DNA of 64,000 nucleotides from Marsupella aquatica. Taxonomy: Eukaryota > Plantae > Marchantiophyta. Position numbers and translations under genes: made by a program. Positions 26,036 through 36,141 of the stretch are shown in pieces. The notes beneath the pieces are model-generated. The model was not told the DNA's origin. It ran no database searches and worked only from the letters and a program-made list of their open reading frames with translations. The DNA is taken from positions 21,024,152 to 21,088,151 of the forward strand of contig OZ316896.1 of the NCBI GenBank assembly GCA_973895155.1. The letters run 5' to 3'. How positions within the stretch are numbered: position 1 is the stretch's first letter; the number at the start of each line of letters is the position of its first letter.

Positions 26036-27712
26036 TACTGATAACTCTGGTAGTAGAACAGCTCCTCCACTGCACGCCGCACCGGTGATCGTACCGGTTT
26101 CACTTGTTCCTCCTCAAATGGTAGCAGCTCCTCCTCAGACTCACCGTCTGACCATCGCGATCCTGAAGCTCCATCGATGCCAATTCTTCCAGTATCCTCC
26201 GAGTCACTCATATGAAACAATCACGAAAAAACATCTTTTTTCCAAACTTCTCATAAAACTCAAAACTCAACACCACCGCGTAGCCCACAAAGCTAGGAGT
26301 CCAATACTGAAAGCCGAAATCAAAATCAAAATTCGACGGAAAAGTTATTCAAATTTTGGTCGGGGTGGGTAAAACCTTGGGAAACTCCCCCGTTTTGACC
26401 ACCTTGGAGAATAACCGAAATACCCAGTACAACCTATCGTCAGAATCGCGATGTGATTGGTGCGCCGCATTGCTAACTCTAGTGGCAACGTCCTCGCCAA
26501 AAAAGAACCAAAAAAGTTACCGTTCAGCGGATAGAATCTTTGTCGGACGGCCAAAAAACAGCTCTCTATTTTTCGGGAATATTCCCGCACAGTCTAGCAG
26601 GTCTCACAGGGGGCCGTTCCCCCTATCAGAGCGGTTAAAATGGAGGGCGGCAGGTCCCGGCACAAGGGAAAGAGCGAGGCGGGCCAGGAGGCTTACACGG
26701 CGTCGAGGCGGGGGGCGAGAGTAAAGGGCGGGGATGTCATTCGCCGTGCGCCGAGGAGGGGTGACCGCGAAGGGCTGGACGGGGGTTGGGTGGCTACAGG
26801 GGCGGAAGGGGCTGGCAGGAGGGTGGGAGGGAGGCGTCGTCTCCCCCTGGCGACGAGCGCGCGTAAGGCGCCAGCCGGCGCTGCGCCACAGTTAACGGGG
26901 TGTGAGGGGGAAAAAACAAGGCGAGTATGAGGGGGGGAGTACACGAGGGCCGGTATGAGGTGTGTATACACACGTAAAAAACAACAAACCCCCCAAATCC
27001 CCCTTTAAAAAGCAAAAACAATTCCCCAAAGAAAACCTGAATGAAAACACACCTTAACAGCCACCGTTTACATGAAGAAAAAGAGGACCGCCGACGGGTA
27101 AAGTTTCCGGATTTCACCGGCACAGTCTGCAAGCTTCGCCATGGAAAAACTTTCCGTCGTGTCACACTCACTCCGTGTCAAGTGCCAATCCCGGGCTCAA
27201 AACGACCGCCTCGCCGCGATCAATCCGTTGAGCCAAAGCACTTCGCATTTCTTCCACCGAGTCGGATGTCATGAAAAGAAACCCGGTTCAGATGTGAACA
27301 AGCTCCATAGCTTGTGAAAAAACCTGAACGCCTCCTTCACTCGTCACGACGCACTCGATAACAACTCGACAGCAATCCAGCTACCAAAACAACCAGCTCG
27401 TTTCAACCTTCAACTTGAGCTATAATGTGCGATCCCCCGATCACCGCAAAGCTCACACCGTTGAAAACCTGAACTCTGGTCTCTCCCTCGAAAACCTGTC
27501 AAACACAAATAAACCCTGAACAATGCAAACTTCAATTCCTCCGCAACACGGATACCGATCAACTAGTTCTAACCACCGTTAGAAAGCCCTCTCACTAACC
27601 TATCCGCACAGTCACACACATTCAAGTTTCATGCGACGAAACTCCGAATGTACCATCGACAATGACCGCTGGAAAAACCTGTCACGAAAAAACCTCGTCA
27701 CCTCCCAGGCAT

Positions 27713-27724
27713 GCTCTGATACCA
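27713..27724 (-). promoter_or_regulatory. Primer-binding site for tRNA-iMet (TGGTATCAGAGC)
   Basis: The + strand reads GCTCTGATACCA 2 nt inside the 5' LTR. Confidence 0.95.
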
Positions 27725-27726
27725 CT

Positions 27727-28070
27727 TGTTGAGCATAGACGACATTCGCACCGGCAAGCCCATGAACCATCCAACGCACAATAGTCGACACAGAGAAATA
27801 CGGGGTTCACCTCCACATGAGGTTACGTCCATGGGAACACACAAGAGCTTTACTGCACTCTAGGCCGACCGGCCATACCAAGCATCCACATCACAAGCTC
27901 TCCCTATCTCTCAACTAGCTCCGTAACAATGAGCCTAAGTTCCACGAGGGTCTGGCTTCAGCCCTGGCTATATGCACAACAGCACTACCGCTAACATTAG
28001 CTAAGTCCTAACCCGAGTTAGACTAACTGTGGTTAGCTCATGAGTCACAAGACTAGAGCAATATCTAACA
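27727..28070 (-). repeat. 5' LTR of the copia element (344 bp)
   Basis: About 9 substitutions plus 1 indel versus the 3' LTR by manual comparison. Confidence 0.96.
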
Positions 28071-28954
28071 CCTGCCAGCCCCCCACTCCCTCCCTCCTTC
28101 CCCCACCCTTTTCTTCCCTCCAAATAAAAAATAGACAAAAAAGCAAAATCAACCCAAAATTTCAAAAAGGAGATACCCAAAAGCCAAAAAAAAAACTTGT
28201 ATACCAGTGTACTTCTTATGCAAGGGGCTCCATCCCAAAATATATTCTATGTAAATACTTATCCTATAATTAGTGAACATTGCATATTGTCAGTACCTTG
28301 TTCCTATTTATTGTAAAAACAATTAATCCGTGGACCCCCATGTTCATCCAAGGAATGTGTGTGTGATTAAGTGAAATCAATTTTCAGCAAGACGATAACC
28401 GACGATTTTGAGTCTCCCGATGGTATTGGTGTGTGCTCGTACAAAAGAAATGCTCAAAAGATAGAGATTTATCAAACGGAAGGTTGAATGTGGAGGAATT
28501 GAGTTTTATGACAGGTTTTGCTTACACATTGGAGAAATCATGTTTCAACCATTCTTGATTGATTGTTTGTGAGTTACATTGAGCATTACCGCCACACGAC
28601 AGATTGGAGCACAACACTCAGCTATTGGCGAAAGAGTGCTTGTCGATTTGGTGGGAAGAACACACAAAACGAACAAGCCATCACTTCACACAAAGGATTT
28701 GTAGTTATTTTTATTTAAGAAAGCTATGGTGTGAGTGGAAGATCAACAATTGTTTCTTTGACATAGAGGCTGCGTTTGGTGTCAACCTGTGTTCAGAGTG
28801 AGCTTTAGTTGAAGACTATCTAAGAGATGTAAACAATTCAAGCCGGGAAGCACGCATTGTGGACAAGCAATGATGACGTAATCAAAGAAATCAATTTGTA
28901 GCGGCTAAGTTTGTGATGGTGACGAAATTGTGATACCTCTTAATCGAGAAAGGG

Positions 28955-29435
28955 TTTCCAATGAGCCTCAGATTGACAAATTTTGTCAAGTTCCATATGA
29001 GTTTTTGAATTTGTTTGCCTTTCCAATGAGTGTGAATATAAGAAATTTTGATCATGGGTTCATGAATTCTTTAGCTTTCCAACATTGAGTCCGACATTGA
29101 CAAATTTCATGTTAGATTTTGTCACGGTATTAAAGAGATCAGGAGATTTTCAATCTCTTTAGCTTTCTAATGTGTGACATTGAGATTATTTGTCAATAAA
29201 TAGAGAGATCATGAGTATCTAAATTTCTCTAGCTTTCCAATGAACCTAACATTGATAGATTTTGTTAAGTACTAAGGAGATGATGAGTTTTTACTTTTAC
29301 TCTAGCTTCCCAATGAGTGTGACCTTGAAAGATTTTATCAAGACATTACTAAAGAGGTCATGAGCTTCTAAATCTTGATCTTGAGTTTTCCAATGAATCA
29401 AACATTGACAGAGTTTATCAAGTACTAAGGAGATT
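28955..29435. repeat. Degenerate tandem array of about 7 units of 60-85 bp anchored on (AG)CTTTCCAATGA
   Basis: Recurrent TTTCCAATGAG...ATTGA...ATTTTGTCAAG...GAGATCATGAG pattern. Probably the interior of a non-autonomous TE. Confidence 0.7.
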
Positions 29436-30410
29436 TATTATTTAGTTTAACAATGTGAAACCAAAGGGGATTTAACTATGTACATTTTTATTCGATTGGT
29501 TTTTTCAAACTTACAAACAATTAAAAAATATAAGCATTTTGATATAAAACACTGATATATCTTTGACAAACATCAAAATGGTAACTTTGTTTTACTAAAT
29601 GACATCTCTTTCTTTGTATTTTGGTTTTGTTTACGTTTGATATTTACGGCATGGCGCCCCAAAATTTACATTGTTTTTGCCACAAACAGGAATTTGCACG
29701 TTTGTTATTATTAAAAGTAGGATCGTTCCTGTTTGTGGCTGATTGTGGTGATGTGGCGCAACCTCATGGCAAAGAATTTGCAAGAGACCCCTAATGGGGG
29801 TCCGTAAATATATTCGTTAGTCACAATTTGAGTCAATCCAGATGTGTTAGAACCCTTGGGATGCATGTGGTGGTAATGTGGTGTTCCCTGTTTTTGCACC
29901 GAAACATTTGGGCTGGGAAAGGTATTATAGTGTTTGATTTCAGTGATAAATTAATGAGTACACAGTCAAAGTCTAGACACAATCTAAAGCATTCCTGTTT
30001 CTAGAACAAAGCGTTTAATAACAATACACGGTACCATTGGTTTTATTGTGTTGGTGATACTGTCTAATTTTCCAATATGGATAACCAAAGACAGACTAAG
30101 GGTTAACCACGGGTCAGGTTCGTTCCTGTAGCAGACATGCATCAGCGTGTTTGTGTCTTCCGTCAGCATGTAGATTAGGACCTAAACCATGTAAAATACC
30201 AGACAATAAACCCACACAATCTGGACATGACTTGTGAAACTAAGGTGAAAGTAACCATAAAACACCATAACAATACTGAGATTAAGCTCTTCACTACCAC
30301 TTAAGTGTAAAGTGGGGATGTAGTTAACACCTATTAAAAAACATTCAATGATCTGATGCTTAAAGCAAAGAGAGAAGGGATTTGTTTGCGGGGAGAGAAT
30401 GGAATGAGAC

Positions 30411-30743
30411 TAGGGCGTCTCAATCCTCTTTGTTTTTGTCTCCTGGCAATATATCAAGGGGCATTTTCATTGGAAACATTGATGGATGCAAAATGCTTGT
30501 CCACACATTTTCATTGGAAAAAAGGGATGGACACAAAGCATCTCAATTCTCTTTGTTTTGCCTCTCGTGGCAATCAAGGGGCATTTTCCTTGGAAAAAAG
30601 TGATGGACACAAAAATCTTGTCCACAAATTTTCACTGGAAAAAAGTTATGGACACAAAAATGCTTCTTCACACTCTCCTGATCAAAACAGCTAGTTTTGG
30701 GACATGTCTTTTTTCTGCAGACCTCAAGGTTTGAGACCCCCTA
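30411..30743. mobile_element. MITE, family 1, copy A
   Basis: Ends TAGGGCGTCTCAA and TTGAGACCCCCTA (12/13 inverted match including terminal TA). Contains an internal duplication and is homologous to 39455-39615. Confidence 0.75.
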
Positions 30744-30980
30744 ATGATGTCATTAGCTGGATAAACAAAGGATGTGAGGCCTTGATAAAGACCTCTAGTG
30801 ATGTCATTAGCTTGATAAACAAAGGGTGTGAGGCGTTGATAAAACTAAGGATGTGAGACAAAGGATGTGAGGCCTTGATAATGACCCTAAGTGATGTCAT
30901 TAGCTTGATAAACAAAGGGTGTGAGGCCTTGATAAACAAAGGATGTGAGGCCTTGATAAACAAAGGATGCGAGGCCTTTG
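30744..30980. repeat. Minisatellite of CTTGATAAACAAAGG(A/G)TGTGAGGC and GATGTCATTAG modules
   Basis: About 6 copies of AAAGG(A/G)TG(T/C)GAGGC read directly. Confidence 0.85.
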
Positions 30981-31554
30981 TTGGAAAGGGACGGCACGTG
31001 ATCGAAAGCGGCTATGCCCTTTTGTATGGCGGGTTTTCCAGTCCAGGAGAGAAAGAACAACATCACAAGCTGACGACGACGAGAGGAAGAGGTCAACACC
31101 AAAACTTTCTCACTCTAGATTTACTGTTGCTCTGACTTAGAAAAGGCGAGAGGTTGAGTAGTGCTTCCTTCTGGCTTTGCCCCAAAACTGGAATGCTGGG
31201 ACACAGTCATCATCAGAAGCTAGCTACTACTGTATGGATCGGAAGAAGTCAGTGCATAATGTCATGAGGGAGTCACGGAGCTTGCGTCATTGACTTCGTC
31301 CTTCGTCGATCGTATTCTCTACAATCTCGCACTTAATAGTATCGATCTCGCAATTGATAGTATGGCGGAGAGGTCAGCTACGGGGTCGAGGAACCGAACT
31401 TACCCGAGCGGTACTTGACGGAATCGAAGATAGGCACACATCTTGGCAGCGTTGGTTTGATATCTACTGATTCAAGGCGTTTTAACGAAGAGGCTGGCTT
31501 TTTGAGGAAGAGATCCATGCGCGGAATGAGATGAGGTACGAGGTGTCAGCACGG

Positions 31555-31735
31555 AAGTCCAGAGGTTGACTCCACAGTTTTCAAAGAAGATCATTCGGAT
31601 AGAAATCTGGCAGTCCTAAGGTGATCGTGCAAAGATTGACTCGATAAACGATCGATAGGATAGATAGCAGGCGGTCAGACGGTGATCGTGGAGAGGTTGA
31701 CTCGATTGACGATCCATCGGAGAGATATCTGGCAA
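31555..31735. promoter_or_regulatory. About 60-70-bp degenerate triplicate upstream of the LysM-RLK, each unit carrying a W-box (TTGACT)
   Basis: TTGACT at 31566, 31636 and 31697, plus another at 31290. GTGATCGTG recurs. Confidence 0.45.
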
Positions 31736-32046
31736 CCACAGCTAATTGTGGAGACATGCTGTGTGAAGACCTTTTTGGAGCTCACGACGCTGTTCAATCG
31801 TGGAGCTCAGCTTTGTGGAGGGACGATGACTTAGGGATGTGAGAAAAATTGTTCAAATCATGCGGCCTTTAGACGGAGGAATGAGATAGAAAGTCCGAGC
31901 GAACAATTTGAATCCGGGAACCCTAGTCAGTGGAGAAGTGAAGCTCTGATCCTCCTCCAGAGAATCCTGGAGCCGCTTCGAACTGGAGATCATGATTAAG
32001 AGAGGATTGAAGTTCTGAAACTGAGTTCTGGGGCCTTCTCGAAAAG

Positions 32047-34155
32047 ATGAGTAAGAGAGTAGCGAAGAAGAGGCCGTGCCTGTCGTCAACAGTCATCGTA
32101 CTAGTGTTCTTCTTCTTCTTCTGCAGCTGTGTACAACTTCTGGAAGCCGCATGCGAGCCGCAGAACGGCTGCAGCACGGCGTTAGTAGCGTATAGGGTGC
32201 AATCAGGAGACAAGCTGGATATTGTGACTGCTCGATTTCAGACCACTATAGATGTGGCGAAGTTCTACAATGACATTCAGGATAGCAATTTCATATCCGT
32301 GGGGCAGTCTCTTCGTTTCCCGTTTCCATGCGGATGCGTGAACGATCAATTGGAACACAGTTTCACGTACATAGTACAGGCAGGCGACAATATCATTGAC
32401 ATTGCGAACGTAGTATTTGAAGGCTTGAGTACAGTAGACTCGATTAAGCAGGCGAATGGCAATCTAACTATCGACAAAATCTACCCAGGGCAGAATTTAC
32501 AAGTACCGGTGCAATGCTTCTGTGGGAACCCGAGCGTAGATCCCGATTTTGGACTGTTTACGACATACCTCGCTGTGTCCACGGACAGCATTTCGGCTCT
32601 TGGAAACACATTCAAAACGGACCCCACCCTTATACAGCTCTTTAACCCGTTGGTCGATTTCAATGGCAGCTCGTTGGCTGGACACACCTTATTCATTCCC
32701 AGCACAAATGGAAGGAATGGCACCTATCCCGCGTTTCAATCCAGTGGTGGGAATGGCACTTATCCCGCGTTTCAATCCAGTGGTGGCGTAAGCAGCTCAA
32801 ACACAGTGCTCATAGTTTGTGTGTCTGTCTTAGGAGTAGTTGTGCTGTTCCTGTTCATTCTGGTTCTTTGCCTTTGGTACGCCTTGTTCTCGAGACGGAT
32901 ACAAGCAACCAAAGTCGATCACCATGGCGAAGCAGGTCTTGTCCCAATCCCGAGTCTGTCGCGAATGCGAAAGTTCTCAGAGGCATTGCGATCAGGGCGA
33001 TCAGGAATGCTGAAGTTTGCAGGCGACAGTGAAAGCCTTAGCGGACCTCTTGCGAGTGGATCTCTTGGGAGTGGACCTCTTGGGAGTGGACCTCTTCGGA
33101 GTGGACCTCTTGGGCCGAGCCGTCCTTCAGCTGGGCGTTCGGCGCTGTCAGGATTCACGTTGGACAAATCCGTTGAGTTCTCGTTTGAGGAGCTCGCAGC
33201 CGCGACCAAGAACTTCAGCGTTGCGAACAAGATTGGAGAGGGTGGCTATGGCTCTGTCTACCTGGCAATTCTTCGAGGCCAGAAGACGGCTGTGAAGAGA
33301 ATGAATGTGCAAGCGACGCGGGAGTTTCTTTCCGAGCTTCAAATTCTTACTCACGTACATCACACTCACTTGGTACAGTTGATTGGATACTGCACGGTGG
33401 ACTCGCTCTTCTTGATCTACGAATTCGTGGAAAACGGACCACTGGAGCAACATCTGCATTGTAGGAATGGTCTTCCACCGTTGTCCTGGACAGCACGTGT
33501 ACAAATTGCGCTCGATTCTGCGAGGGGGTTGGAATACATTCATGAACACACGAAGCCAACGTACATCCACCGAGATGTAAAGACAAGCAACATTCTTCTC
33601 GATAAGAGGCTACGTGCGAAGGTGGCAGATTTTGGTCTGACGAAGCTGACGGAGACGGGATTCAGTAGCGTGTCGATTTCAATGTCCAATCCAATGAGAT
33701 TGGTGGGAACTTTTGGTTATATGTCTCCGGAATACGCTAGATATGGAGATGTGTCACCCAAGGTGGATGTGTATTCCTTTGGGGTTGTCCTTTTCGAGAT
33801 AATCTCTGCGAAGTCGGCAATCGTTAAGACCATGGACTTTTCCGGAGACCCAAAGATCCCTGACAAGGAGGGGCAAAGAAGTCTCGTCGGGCTGTTTGAA
33901 CAGGTTATGAAAGATCCCCATGGACAAGAGGCATTACGGGGACTTGTAGATCCTGCTCTAAGTGATTATCCGCTGGAATCTGCATGGAAGATGGCAGAAC
34001 TGGCCGCAGATTGTACTCAAGACAATCCTGAGCTAAGGCCTTCCATGCGTACTATAGTGGTAGAATTGATGACATTATCATCCACCACAAATCAGTGGGA
34101 CATAGGCTCATTCGGAAGAGGTGCGGTCATACCGGGGTTGATGTCTGGCCGGTAG
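32047..34155 (+). CDS. LysM receptor-like kinase, CERK1/LYK type, intronless, 702 aa
   Basis: Signal peptide, three LysM modules (YRVQSGD, YIVQAGD, YLAVSTD) separated by CxC motifs (CGC, CFC) and a TM helix. [11 protein letters not shown] precedes an active-type kinase with [20 protein letters not shown] and [14 protein letters not shown]. Confidence 0.95.
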   Translation: MSKRVAKKRPCLSSTVIVLVFFFFFCSCVQLLEAACEPQNGCSTALVAYRVQSGDKLDIVTARFQTTIDVAKFYNDIQDSNFISVGQSLRFPFPCGCVNDQLEHSFTYIVQAGDNIIDIANVVFEGLSTVDSIKQANGNLTIDKIYPGQNLQVPVQCFCGNPSVDPDFGLFTTYLAVSTDSISALGNTFKTDPTLIQLFNPLVDFNGSSLAGHTLFIPSTNGRNGTYPAFQSSGGNGTYPAFQSSGGVSSSNTVLIVCVSVLGVVVLFLFILVLCLWYALFSRRIQATKVDHHGEAGLVPIPSLSRMRKFSEALRSGRSGMLKFAGDSESLSGPLASGSLGSGPLGSGPLRSGPLGPSRPSAGRSALSGFTLDKSVEFSFEELAAATKNFSVANKIGEGGYGSVYLAILRGQKTAVKRMNVQATREFLSELQILTHVHHTHLVQLIGYCTVDSLFLIYEFVENGPLEQHLHCRNGLPPLSWTARVQIALDSARGLEYIHEHTKPTYIHRDVKTSNILLDKRLRAKVADFGLTKLTETGFSSVSISMSNPMRLVGTFGYMSPEYARYGDVSPKVDVYSFGVVLFEIISAKSAIVKTMDFSGDPKIPDKEGQRSLVGLFEQVMKDPHGQEALRGLVDPALSDYPLESAWKMAELAADCTQDNPELRPSMRTIVVELMTLSSTTNQWDIGSFGRGAVIPGLMSGR

Positions 34156-35883
34156 CATTGGGGAACTGAATTGAAAATCGATCGCTTGCTCGGATCACGT
34201 GGCATACTGCTATCGAGATTCGACAAAAGCCATAGGTATTCATCCGATTGAAAATTTAGGTGTTGTGTAAAATAGGGAATGTCTCCGATCGTCAATATAT
34301 AGAATTTCTAATCTTGTAGCTCGAGGAAAGCAGAATGATATTGGGAGTTCCCAGTTCACTTGAATCGACAATTTGTTAGGCTACTGATAATCAATCATTT
34401 ACCCGACGCTACCGATGATGAGCTGCTGGGAAATAGATTTGCTGATCGAGCTCAACGTGATCGATGTGTCTGATGCCAACCGCCGAAGCAGTAGTGTTTC
34501 TGTGCTGGGTTCTGGAAGTGTTGAGAGAAAGTTTAGGAACCTACAGTGTACTCAAAGTGATCCCAAAATTCAATTCAAGGGGAATCCTATTGTTGTAATT
34601 TCTGTCCATAGTAATACCGTGTACGAGGGTGTGGCCATAAACTCTATATCTATTTCCGAGCACAAAGAAAATTTTATACAAAAATGCAGAAGAACAAAAG
34701 TGGGTACAGGAACCCATGGGCAAAAGACTCAATCAAGGGGAGGCAACCAAAGGCTTTGCACCCTACTAATATATTAGCTCCATGCTTTGCAAATTCGTGA
34801 GTTTGATTTTGGCTTGAATCACATTAGTGCATCTAAAAAATGCTTCATAAGTTGCAGATGATGGCTTTTGACCCTAACTCTTTTCCAGGGTTATGTAAAA
34901 GTGTTAGTTTTCACTAGCCTCTATAGTGACTTATGGTCATATGACCATCTTTGACCATCTTTGTGGTAAATAGTTATAGATTATGAATTTGGTATTCCAT
35001 AACTTCACAGTTTACCCTAATGAGTATCATAACTTATTTAGTCTCCCTAGTTAAAAAATCTCACACACACTAATAAGGGTGTGACGACAAATCTAAAACA
35101 AAAACAATAGGATTGTAATAGTACCAGTAGGGAATTTAGTAGATTGTCATTCATTTAGTTACATTTTGATGGTATTTATAGCCTCGTTTTCATTTCATTA
35201 TACTTCAATTAATAAAGCCTGAATTTCAATTGACATTCATTTTCCATTTTATATGCTCTTGCAAATATAACTTACTATTGGAAAAATTTGTACTAACTTT
35301 TCATAAATTACACATTAATTCAGTGTTCATCACACTATTTGCATGTCACTAAAAATAATCTCACTTACTTTAAATTAGAATAACATGTATTTACACTCAC
35401 TTCTTACTAGCATGGTTTTCACACACAAGAATTATGGTGACATCTTTCAAAAACCGACATGTGTTTGCAAATACTGTGTGTGAAACTAATTACGCTAATT
35501 ATCAGTGTTGTTTTGTCTGTTACCTTAAGTAAGCTAAGGTCCATCACGCGCGAATAAATATAGGGTTTTTTTATTGGGTTTAGTGAATACTTTTAAATTT
35601 TTGTTGAAGAACATAGGGTTATTTTAATCCAATTTTGAGAATTATAAGAATCATAGGGTTTTAAAATCAAATATGAGAATATTCTTGGAATGTTCTATTA
35701 AGTTAAGGGTAAAACAATTCCTAGAAAAAATTTATTGACTTAACTTTTAGGGTGTTTATTCTCCCAAAACTTCGAGCGTGATATGGGACACCCCTTGGAT
35801 TGAGGCCCCCGTGGTCCATCAAATTTTGAGGTTTCAACTACTCTATTAGAGTCATGCCCATGGTCCTTAGTGTTGTAGCCTTT

Positions 35884-36141
35884 GTTAGACTAGGTGGACT
35901 GCTTCTTCTTTCAACAAATAATGGTCCGTCGGGTGGTGCATACTAGGTGCCATACTAGACTTTTTTGAACTTAAATAGAGGTGAGAATATCAAGTACACT
36001 AAGTTGTTAGACTCGGGAACCTTAGACTAGGCGGGAGACTAGGTGGACTGCTTCTTCTTCAACAAATAATGGTGGTTGCGTGCTAGGTGGACTGACTCTC
36101 TTTTTTGAACTTAAATAGAGGTGAGAATGTTCAAGTACACT
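35884..36141. repeat. Local direct duplication of about 110 bp
   Basis: AGACTAGGTGGACTGCTTCTTCTT...TTTTTTGAACTTAAATAGAGGTGAGAAT...CAAGTACACT occurs twice. Confidence 0.85.

Larger units (their letters stand above)
21380..28070 (-). mobile_element. Full-length Ty1/copia LTR retrotransposon (about 6.7 kb) with a disrupted coding region
   Basis: Two TG...CA LTRs, 5-bp TSD CCTGC (21375-21379 and 28071-28075), tRNA-iMet PBS and PPT. Domain order is gag, PR, INT, RT, RNaseH. Confidence 0.97.

Noticed and set aside
26356-27274. Several GC-rich ORFs in the copia leader as a possible env-like or antisense gene
   Set aside because: Short, overlapping on both strands, Arg/Gly/Pro-rich as expected from GC content, and with no TM or domain signal.
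30744-30980. Short repeats with variable spacing that superficially resemble a CRISPR array
   Set aside because: Units are adjacent or separated by recurring rather than unique sequence, there are no cas genes, and the context is eukaryotic. It is a minisatellite.
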